Positions 10,037 through 17,815 of a DNA stretch of 64,000 nt are shown piece by piece (the first letter of the stretch is position 1; each line of letters begins with the position of its first letter). The notes under the pieces were generated by a model. The model saw only the letters and a program-made list of their open reading frames with translations, was not told where the DNA came from and ran no database searches. Origin of the DNA: an uncultured Gemmatimonadaceae bacterium (GTDB lineage: Bacteria; Gemmatimonadota; Gemmatimonadetes; Gemmatimonadales; Gemmatimonadaceae); NCBI GenBank assembly GCA_963822945.1, contig CAWGJO010000026.1, positions 1 through 64,000 on the forward strand, written 5' to 3'. Both the position numbers and the translations under genes were made by a program.

Positions 10037-11110
10037 TCAGCAGATGCGCGGCAGCAGTTCGCCCTCGTACTCCGAGAGCAGCCGCTTGCCGAGCCCGGTG
10101 TCGAGCACCACGTCGCCGGGCCGCGTCGCCACGCACTCGCCGATCAGTGTCGCGTGCTCGCCGTGCGGATGCCGGCGCAGCGCCTCGAGCACGGCCTCCA
10201 CGGTCGCGTCGTCGCCGCGCACGCCGAGCACGGCCTTGCCCTCGTTGGCCACGTGCAGGGGATCCAGTCCCAGCATCTCGGCGGCCGCGGCCACCACCGG
10301 ATTCACCGGCACGTCCGCCTCGCGAACCAGGATGCCGACGTGCGCCTTCTCCGCCATCTCGTGCAGCGCGCTGGAGAGGCCGCCGCGCGTGGGGTCCTTC
10401 ATCGCCACCACGGCGCCGGGCCGCGCACGGAGCGCGTCGCGGATCATGTGGTTGAGCGGCGCGACGTCGGACTTCAGTTCGGCGTCGATCTGCAGCCGGT
10501 GGCGGTGCACCATGAGCGCCATGCCGTGGTCGCCCACGTTGCCGGTGACGATGATCCGGTCGCCCACCTGCAGCCCGGAATCGCGCACGATGGAGTCGGC
10601 CATCGCCACGCCCGTGGTATTGATGACCACGCCGTCCAACTCCCCGCGTCCCATCACCTTCGTGTCACCCGTGACCACGGTGGTCCCCGCTTCGCGGCAG
10701 GTGTCGAACATCGACTGCTGCACGCGTTCCAGGTCGGGGAAGGTGAATCCCTCCTCGACGATCAGCGCGCAGGTGAGCCCCATCGGCTCGGTGGCGCCCA
10801 TCATCGCCAGGTCGTTCACGGTGCCGGCAATCGCCAGCCGGCCGATGTCGCCGCCGGGGAAGAACGCCGGCTGCACCACGTGCGAGTCGGTGGTGACGAT
10901 CAGCCACCGGTCGCCCACGCGGAGCGCCGCGCCGTCGTCCATGGCCGCGATGCCGAAGCCGTCCACTTCCACGTCCACGAACCCGCGGGTGAGCGTCTCC
11001 TGGATCAGGCGGCGCATGGCGCGGCCCCCCGCGCCGTGCTTCATCACGATCGTCGGATCGCGGCGGCCGGAATGGAGGCGAACGGCCTCCTCGTTGATCG
11101 TGGTGGTCAT
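10037..11110 (-). CDS. hypE: Hydrogenase maturation carbamoyl dehydratase HypE
   Basis: HGAGG, TTDSHVV.P.FFPGGDIG, NDLAMMGA, GDTKV, DPTRGG, ANEG, C-terminal PRIC. Confidence 0.95.
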   Translation of the reverse strand: MTTTINEEAVRLHSGRRDPTIVMKHGAGGRAMRRLIQETLTRGFVDVEVDGFGIAAMDDGAALRVGDRWLIVTTDSHVVQPAFFPGGDIGRLAIAGTVNDLAMMGATEPMGLTCALIVEEGFTFPDLERVQQSMFDTCREAGTTVVTGDTKVMGRGELDGVVINTTGVAMADSIVRDSGLQVGDRIIVTGNVGDHGMALMVHRHRLQIDAELKSDVAPLNHMIRDALRARPGAVVAMKDPTRGGLSSALHEMAEKAHVGILVREADVPVNPVVAAAAEMLGLDPLHVANEGKAVLGVRGDDATVEAVLEALRRHPHGEHATLIGECVATRPGDVVLDTGLGKRLLSEYEGELLPRIC

Positions 11111-12255
11111 AGCTTCGGGTGCCCTCCGTACTGGTGCCAGATGCGGCAGGTGCCCTCGCTGCTCACCATGCAGGCGCCCACCGGCGCGTCGGGCACGCAC
11201 TCCTTGCCGAACAGCGTGCACTTCTCGGGAGACGAGATGCCGGCCATGATGTCGCCGCAGATGCAGAGTTGCGTGAGCGCGGCGGGCGCCTGCGTCCAGA
11301 GGCGCTTGAGGTCGATGGTGAAGTGCCGGCGCGCGTCGAACCGCGCGAACTCGTCGCGCAGGCGCAGGTTCCCGTTGGGCACGTGCGCGATGCCGCGCCA
11401 GTTGCCGCCCGTGGTGCGGAACACGCGCCAGAGCTGCTCCTGCGCCACGCGGTTGCCTTCCTTCGTCACGCAGCGCGGGAAGGCGTTCACCACTTCGTGG
11501 CGGTCGTCGCGAATGAGTTCCACGAGCTGGGCCAGTCCGGCGAGGATGTCCAGCGGCTCGAACCCGGCGACGACCACGGGAATCCCGTGCCGCTCCACGA
11601 ACCGCTCGAAGATTCCCCAGCCGGTGATCGTGGCCGCGTGTCCGGCGGCGAGAAAGCCCTCGATACGCGTATCCGGCATCTCGGCCACGATCTCCATGAC
11701 CGGCGGGATGTACTTGTGCGCCGAGAGCACGAAGAAGTTCGGCGGTGGATCCGCCACGAGGATGGCGGCGGTCGCCACGGCCGTGGTCTCGAATCCGCTG
11801 GCGAAGAACACCACAGGCTCGTTGGTGTCGCGCGCGATCTCCACCGCCTGCGCCGCGCTGTACACCACGTCCACGTTCGCGCCCATCGACTGCGTCTCGG
11901 CCAGCGAGCGCACCGTGCCGGGCACGCGCAGCATGTCGCCGTACGTCACCACCCGCACGCCGTCCTCGGCCAGCACCACGGCCTCGTCCACCTCGGGCAG
12001 GTCGGTCACGCACACCGGACACCCCGGGCCCATGATCACGTCCAACGCCGCTGGAAAGGTTTGCCGGAGGCCGAACTTGGCGATCGCCTGTTCGTGGCTG
12101 CCGCACACGTGCATCACGGTCACCGGGGCGCGGCCGATCTGGTCGCACATCTGTCCGATGGCAGCGGCCAGTTCGTGGGCGCGGGCTGGATCGCGGAACT
12201 TGAGTTCGTCGGCCCCTTTGGGACGGGCGACGCCGGCCCCGACGCCCTCAGGCAT
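11107..12255 (-). CDS. hypD: Hydrogenase maturation protein HypD
   Basis: VCGSH, GPGCPVC, GFETT, VAGFEPLD and C-terminal Fe-S Cys with CMVSSEGTC. Confidence 0.95.
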   Translation of the reverse strand: MPEGVGAGVARPKGADELKFRDPARAHELAAAIGQMCDQIGRAPVTVMHVCGSHEQAIAKFGLRQTFPAALDVIMGPGCPVCVTDLPEVDEAVVLAEDGVRVVTYGDMLRVPGTVRSLAETQSMGANVDVVYSAAQAVEIARDTNEPVVFFASGFETTAVATAAILVADPPPNFFVLSAHKYIPPVMEIVAEMPDTRIEGFLAAGHAATITGWGIFERFVERHGIPVVVAGFEPLDILAGLAQLVELIRDDRHEVVNAFPRCVTKEGNRVAQEQLWRVFRTTGGNWRGIAHVPNGNLRLRDEFARFDARRHFTIDLKRLWTQAPAALTQLCICGDIMAGISSPEKCTLFGKECVPDAPVGACMVSSEGTCRIWHQYGGHPKL

Positions 12256-12569
12256 CGGGGACGCCCCGCGCCGGCGCTGTGGGGTCCGAGGCCGAGGCGC
12301 GCGTGGCGTCGATCTCGCCGCGCACGTCGGCCGCCATCATGTCGTTCTCCGCTTCCCGCAGCAGCAGATCGTAGAGGGCGAGCGTCTCCTCGATCTCGTC
12401 ACTCGGGAATGCGCCGGATGGCGAAGCCCACGTGGTTGAGGATGTAGTCACCCGGCGCCACGGGCTCGTCGATGATGTCGAGCCGCGTCTCACGCCGCAC
12501 GCCGAAGAAGTCCACCTGCGCGATCTGGCCGTTGACCTCGAGAATGCGGCCGGGAACTCCGAGACACAT
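12248..12569 (-). CDS. hypC: Hydrogenase maturation chaperone HypC (one extra base near 12402)
   Basis: GGAGGAG RBS; MCLGVPGRILEV...DFFGVRRE...GDYILNHVGFAI continues after a +1 indel as DEIEETLALY; not recovered intact by the ORF track. Confidence 0.9.
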
Positions 12570-12911
12570 CGCTCCTCCGCGGATGGAGCGGGCCCGTGAC
12601 GGCCCGCACAGTGGACCGAAGCTGGGAAAACCGGAGCGGCCTGTCAGTCAGGGGCTTCGCCTTGGTCGCGTAGGGCTTTTGCCTACGCCTGGTGGGCCCG
12701 TCGCCGGGAGGGGAAGACCGGGACAAGAACGTAAGGGAACGCCGAAAAAAACTCGGGGAAGCACCGACGGTTCCACCCGTTGTGTCTAGGCATGTTCACG
12801 TCGAAGCTAAAGCCCAAACACTTGATGAAATCTCGACGGCAGTACCCATACATCATGTAGCAGTTCCCCCCTTCAATTGAACTCACGCCCCCCCCACGGA
12901 GTGCGGAGAGG
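12570..12911. promoter_or_regulatory. Divergent promoter region between hypC and the first multiheme cytochrome
   Basis: Relatively AT-rich spacer between divergent starts; palindromes TACATCATGTA (12849-12859) and TTCAATTGAA (12872-12881). Confidence 0.5.
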
Positions 12912-14366
12912 ATGGATATGAAAGTCACGATGAATCCGGTTCTGGGACGGTTGACCGCGCTGTTGATCGGAGCGACGGTCGCTGCTTCCTGCACCAGCGA
13001 CAAGATCGTCTATCAGAGCAAACCGAATTTCACGGCGCCGCCCGCGGCCGCCGCGAATTTCGTCGGATACTCCGATACGGTCACCAAGCAGACGGTCTGC
13101 GGTAACTGTCACGTCGACCAGCAGGCCAAGTGGTCGACCACCAAGCACGCCACGGCGTGGGCGGATCTCCAGGCGAGCGGCCACGCCGGCGCCTCCTGCG
13201 AACCCTGCCACACGGTGAATTCCAACGGCAACGCGTCCACCGATACCCTGTCCGGCTTCCTCGCGACCCGGGACGCCCGCTACGAGGACGTCCAGTGCGA
13301 GAGCTGTCACGGCCCGGGCCTCGTGCACGTAACGGCGCCCGGACTCAGCAACCGCCCACTGGCGTCGATCGCCGTCGACACCGGCGCCGCCTTCGGCGAC
13401 GGCTGCGGCGAGTGCCACACCGGCACGCACAACCCGTTCGTGGATGAGTGGGTTCAGACGAAGGGTGCCGGACATGCGCACCTCGAGGCGCATGCGCTCG
13501 GCAACGCGGCTTGCACGAACTGCCATGTCGGCCAGGACGCGCTCGTCGCCTGGGGCGTGAACACCAACTACAAGGAAGCGAGCGAGGAAGCCACGAATCC
13601 AATGGCCATCACCTGCGCGGTCTGCCACGATCCGCACGGTGGGCCGAACACGGCCCAGCTCCGCTATCCCATCGACGTGGCCGATACGTCGGGCAACCTC
13701 TGCATGCGCTGCCACCAGCGTAACGGCAAGCCCGTGGCCCCGGCGAGCAAGTATGCGCCGATGGCTCCCGAAGGCCCCGTCCTGCTCGGCTACGCCGGCT
13801 ACTTCCCGGCCGGCTACACCGGTCCCGACACGATCCTCGGTACGCACGGTTCGTCGGCCAACGCGAAGCTCTGCGTCACCTGCCACATGGGCAAGATGAC
13901 GGTGAACGACTCGGCCGGGGCGTTCGTCACCAGCTACACAGGACACAACTTTGCCGCGGCGCCATGCCTCGACGCCAACGGCGTGCCCACCACCGGCTCC
14001 TGCGACGTGTCGCAGCGGTCGTTCTCGGCCTGCGCGGCGAGCGGCTGCCATGGCACGCCGAGCGCAGCCCGGTCGGCCTTCGTCGCCGTCTCCAGCCGGC
14101 TGGCGCTTCTGGATTCGGCGCTCAACAGCCAGCTGGTCCAGATTCCGGACTCGGTGTACCAGAGCACCACGATGAACTCGGCCATCGGCGCCAAGTTCAA
14201 CCTGCAACTGGCCGAGAAGGCCGGCAGCGAGGTGCACAACCCGTTCCTGATGGAAACGCTGCTGACCAGCAGCATCAGCCAGATCCAGACGGACTACGGG
14301 ATCGCGCCGAAGATCAGCGTGAACCTCGCGAACATTCTTCCGCAGACAGCGGCCAACTACCGCTGA
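12912..14366 (+). CDS. Multiheme c-type cytochrome lipoprotein 1 (8 CxxCH + 1 Cx4CH)
   Basis: Lipobox VAASC; CGNCH, CEPCH, CESCH, CGECH, CTNCH, CAVCH, CMRCH, CVTCH, CAASGCH; c554-like N-terminal part; C-terminal VHNP helix region. Confidence 0.92.
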   Translation: MDMKVTMNPVLGRLTALLIGATVAASCTSDKIVYQSKPNFTAPPAAAANFVGYSDTVTKQTVCGNCHVDQQAKWSTTKHATAWADLQASGHAGASCEPCHTVNSNGNASTDTLSGFLATRDARYEDVQCESCHGPGLVHVTAPGLSNRPLASIAVDTGAAFGDGCGECHTGTHNPFVDEWVQTKGAGHAHLEAHALGNAACTNCHVGQDALVAWGVNTNYKEASEEATNPMAITCAVCHDPHGGPNTAQLRYPIDVADTSGNLCMRCHQRNGKPVAPASKYAPMAPEGPVLLGYAGYFPAGYTGPDTILGTHGSSANAKLCVTCHMGKMTVNDSAGAFVTSYTGHNFAAAPCLDANGVPTTGSCDVSQRSFSACAASGCHGTPSAARSAFVAVSSRLALLDSALNSQLVQIPDSVYQSTTMNSAIGAKFNLQLAEKAGSEVHNPFLMETLLTSSISQIQTDYGIAPKISVNLANILPQTAANYR

Positions 14367-14382
14367 GTAGTGGGGATGGGCG

Positions 14383-14428
14383 GTCGGCAGGGGGCGGAAC
14401 CGGGGTTCTGGTTCCGTCCCCTGTCGAC
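14383..14428 (+). terminator. Stem-loop downstream of cytochrome 1
   Basis: GTCGGCAGGGGGCGGAACC...GGTTCCGTCCCCTGTCGAC inverted repeat followed by GTTT. Confidence 0.55.
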
Positions 14429-14667
14429 GTTTGCGGAGGGTATCGGGTCGTACCCCGAGGGTACCCACGGGCTGGTGCACACGTTAAACACATGACAGGA
14501 CCGTCCGACAATCCCGTACAAAACTCCGGCAACCGCTGACGGTTCCCCCCGGTCCGGAGGCCCACATTCCACCTCGCAGGCAAACGTGAGAACAACAATC
14601 GAAGTCGAGCAGCAGTAGAAGGAGTTTCACGGTTCGAGCCCCACGCCCCCCACGGAGTGCGGAGAAC

Positions 14668-16119
14668 ATGAAAATGAGAGTTCCCAGAAGTCCGGTGCTG
14701 GGGCGGCTGACCGCAGTCTTGATCGCAGCGGTAGTCGCCTCATCGTGTACCAGCGAGAAGATCGTCTACCGGAGCGAACCGAGTTTCACGGCGCCGCCAG
14801 CGGCGGCCGGAGACTTCGTTGGGTACGCGGACACGGCCAGCAAGCAGACCGTGTGTGGTAATTGTCACGTGGACAAGCAGCTTCAGTGGGCCACGACGAA
14901 GCACGCATCGGCGTGGGCCGACCTGCAGGCCAGCGGTCACGCCGGTGCCTCCTGCGAGCCCTGTCACACGATCAGCAAGAACGGCAACGCAGTGACCGTG
15001 GACGACGTGGGCTATACGGCAACGCACGACGCGCGGTACGAAGACGTGCAGTGCGAGAGCTGCCATGGCCCAGGTCTGGCGCACGTCACGTCCCCGGCAC
15101 TGGGGAACCGTCCGCTGGCGTCGATCGCGGTCGACACCGGCGCGGCGTTCGGCGACGGCTGCGGCGAATGCCACAGCGGCACCCATGAGCCGTTCGTCGA
15201 CGAATGGAAGCAGTCGCTGCACGGTGCCATGAACTCGCACGCCATGGGCAACGCCAGCTGCCAGCCCTGCCACACGGCGCAGGGTGCGCTGGCCGCGTTC
15301 AACGTCAACACGGCCTACCTGGAAAAGGATCAGGTGGCGACCAACCCGCTGCCCATCGTCTGCGCGGTGTGCCACGATCCGCACGGCAGCGACAACCCCG
15401 CGCAGCTTCGGTTCCCCATCAACTCGATCGATCCGAACCAGAACCTGTGCATGAAGTGCCACCAGCGGAACGCGACGTACGATCCGTCCAACACGCACGG
15501 TCCGCACTCGCCGGAAGGCCCGCTCCTCATCGGAGAGGCTGGATGGTGGCCGCCGGGCACGCAACTCAATCTGCCCGACACGATCGTCGCCACGCACGGG
15601 ACGACTCGGAATCCGGGGCTGTGCGTCACCTGCCACGTGAACCGGTTCACCGTGACCGATCCGAACACCGGCAACTTTGCCTTCCAGGCAACCGGCCACC
15701 TGTTCGTCGCCATTCCGTGTCTCGACGCGAACGGGCTGCCCACGGTGGACAACACGTGTGACATCTCGCAGCGGTCGTTCAGCGCCTGTACGGCGAGCGG
15801 CTGCCACGGGAGTGGTTCCGTAGCCCAGTCGGCCCTGACGGCCACGCGTGGACGCCTCGCGCTGCTCGATTCGACGCTCGCGGGCCAACTCGCCCAGGTG
15901 GATCCGGCCGAGCTGGCGGTGAGCACCACGCTCACGACGGCCAAGGGCGCGCAGTTCAATCTGCAACTCGCCGAGGAGCCGGGGTCGGTGGTACACAACC
16001 CATTCCTCATCGAGGCGCTGCTGACGGCGAGCATCAACCAGATGCAGAAGGACTATGGTATCGCGCCGCAGGTTGGCGTCAACCTCAACAACATCCTGCC
16101 CACGATGTTCAAGAAGTGA
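14668..16119 (+). CDS. Multiheme c-type cytochrome lipoprotein 2 (paralog; 8 CxxCH + 1 Cx4CH)
   Basis: Lipobox VASSC; CGNCH, CEPCH, CESCH, CGECH, CQPCH, CAVCH, CMKCH, CVTCH, CTASGCH; colinear with 12912..14366. Confidence 0.92.
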   Translation: MKMRVPRSPVLGRLTAVLIAAVVASSCTSEKIVYRSEPSFTAPPAAAGDFVGYADTASKQTVCGNCHVDKQLQWATTKHASAWADLQASGHAGASCEPCHTISKNGNAVTVDDVGYTATHDARYEDVQCESCHGPGLAHVTSPALGNRPLASIAVDTGAAFGDGCGECHSGTHEPFVDEWKQSLHGAMNSHAMGNASCQPCHTAQGALAAFNVNTAYLEKDQVATNPLPIVCAVCHDPHGSDNPAQLRFPINSIDPNQNLCMKCHQRNATYDPSNTHGPHSPEGPLLIGEAGWWPPGTQLNLPDTIVATHGTTRNPGLCVTCHVNRFTVTDPNTGNFAFQATGHLFVAIPCLDANGLPTVDNTCDISQRSFSACTASGCHGSGSVAQSALTATRGRLALLDSTLAGQLAQVDPAELAVSTTLTTAKGAQFNLQLAEEPGSVVHNPFLIEALLTASINQMQKDYGIAPQVGVNLNNILPTMFKK

Positions 16120-16156
16120 TCGGGATGTCGATGGAAGACCTGCAGTAGAACCACTC

Positions 16157-16219
16157 GGTGCGGGCCGGGGACGAACACCTTCCCGGCCCGCACCAGCACC
16201 GGGCCCCATGGCCCGGTGC
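16157..16219 (+). other. Two consecutive GC-rich stem-loops between cytochrome 2 and the porin gene
   Basis: GGTGCGGGCCGGG...CCCGGCCCGCACC and GCACCGGGCC..GGCCCGGTGC; no U-tract. Confidence 0.45.
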
Positions 16220-16315
16220 CGAAGACTCTGAACCGCTGACGCAGTACCGGAGGCGACGATGATCGGGGGCGATCGAGCACACGACGCCATGCTCCATAGA
16301 TCCGTACGGCAGCAG

Positions 16316-17815
16316 ATGTCCCATCGGGGCCGCGGCGTGACGTCGACGGCCCTCGCGCTCGTCGTGCTGGCGTTTTCCACATCGTCCCTGCGCGCGCAGG
16401 GCTACGTCATTCAGGGATCCAGCTTCGCGCAGTTTCTCGACATGCGCCCCCTGGTGACCGACAGCGTCCCCTTCGCCGCCACGGATTCCGTCTCGACCCT
16501 CTTCCGGCGGACGCCGAGCGGCGTGATCACCACCTGCACGACGGGCGATCCGTACTGTTATTTCGTGCGGTCCGCTCCGCGTGCCAACCTCACGGCGCTC
16601 ATGCAGGACGTGGACGTCACGGCGTGGGGACTGCGCCCGGGCCTGAGCGTGCACGCGCAACTGCGCGCCCGCACGGCCGGGGGGGACGCGCGCAGCCTCT
16701 GGCCGCAGGCCAATCAGCATTTCGACGTGCTCGCCGCCTATGCCGAATACGAACGCTCGCCCGTGCTGGCGCGCCTCGGCCGGCAGTGGGTCACGTCGGC
16801 GCTCGGCGTCTTCAACTTCGACGGGGCTTCGGTGACCGTGCGCCCCATCCCGATGCTCGGGCTCAGCGCCTACGGCGGCGGAACGCTCATCCAGGGGCTC
16901 GACCGCCCGCTCGGCGCCGCGGCGCTCTCGCCGGTGGAGGACATCCCGCCCGTGGACAAGTCGTTCCTCGTCGGGGGCACGATGCAGTTCCGGCCCAACG
17001 CAAACGGCGCGGTGCAGGTCCAGTACCAGCGCGAGATCCGCAACGACCGCGGCGCGCTCTACTCCGAGCGGATGGCCGCGACGGCGGAGTTTCGCGCTCG
17101 GTACGCGTCGTTCGGCGGCGAGGCCACCCGCGATCTCGCCACGGAGACGTTCAACGATCTCGGCGCGCACGTCGCGTTCAATCCCTGGCACCGCATCGGC
17201 ACGCGCCTCGAGTACCGGCACTACTCCCCGTATTTCGATCTGTGGACCATCTGGGGGGCCTTCTCCCCCGTGGGCTACAACGAGTTCACCGGGACCATGA
17301 ACTGGGCCACGCCGGGGACGCGGCTCGCACTCGGCCTGTCGGGCGGATACCGCAAGTACGCCGACACCTACACCGGGGTCGCATCGCTGCCGCTCCGGAC
17401 CAGCGGATGGCGCGTCGGCGCCACCGGGTCGCTGCGCGCCACCAACACCTGGACGGTGCAGGGCAGCTACGACATGGACATCAACTTCGGCGCATCGAGC
17501 ACCGATGGCGACGTCGCGATTCGCTGGCAGCCCAGCGACCGCGGCTCGCTGGCGGTGCACGGCACCGCCTTCCAGAACATCTACGAGTTCACCGTGGGCG
17601 AGGGACGCGTCGTCGGCGCCGGCCTGCAGGGGGACTACCGGCTCACGCCCGACCTGCGGCTGGTGGGCGACGCCACGCTCTATCGCCACACCGGCCGGAA
17701 CGAGCCCGATCTGGCCGACTGGAACCAACGGCGCGCCAGCCTCCGGCTCGAATGGCGGGTGGGCGGCGAACCCGGGAGCGGCAACTGGACCGTGGGTCCG
17801 GTGAGGCGGCCATGA
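16316..17815 (+). CDS. Putative outer-membrane beta-barrel (porin of a porin-cytochrome complex)
   Basis: Signal peptide ending LRA-Q; many amphipathic aromatic-ended strands (ARLGRQW, FDGASVTV, LQGDYRL, LRLEWRV); lies between multiheme genes, stop overlaps the next ATG. Confidence 0.75.
   Translation: MSHRGRGVTSTALALVVLAFSTSSLRAQGYVIQGSSFAQFLDMRPLVTDSVPFAATDSVSTLFRRTPSGVITTCTTGDPYCYFVRSAPRANLTALMQDVDVTAWGLRPGLSVHAQLRARTAGGDARSLWPQANQHFDVLAAYAEYERSPVLARLGRQWVTSALGVFNFDGASVTVRPIPMLGLSAYGGGTLIQGLDRPLGAAALSPVEDIPPVDKSFLVGGTMQFRPNANGAVQVQYQREIRNDRGALYSERMAATAEFRARYASFGGEATRDLATETFNDLGAHVAFNPWHRIGTRLEYRHYSPYFDLWTIWGAFSPVGYNEFTGTMNWATPGTRLALGLSGGYRKYADTYTGVASLPLRTSGWRVGATGSLRATNTWTVQGSYDMDINFGASSTDGDVAIRWQPSDRGSLAVHGTAFQNIYEFTVGEGRVVGAGLQGDYRLTPDLRLVGDATLYRHTGRNEPDLADWNQRRASLRLEWRVGGEPGSGNWTVGPVRRP

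Noticed and set aside
12400..12402. In-frame TGA in hypC as possible selenocysteine or programmed recoding
   Set aside because: Not at a Cys position, and the HypC-like sequence resumes in another frame; a one-base indel explains it.
12575..12700. NiCo or c-di-GMP riboswitch in the hypC leader
   Set aside because: Only short fragments resemble them (ACTGACAGGC, one hairpin); the conserved junction motifs are missing. An Rfam search would settle it.
12822..12835. FNR/Crp box upstream of cytochrome 1
   Set aside because: Only the TTGAT half-site is present; the second half (TCTCG) does not match ATCAA.
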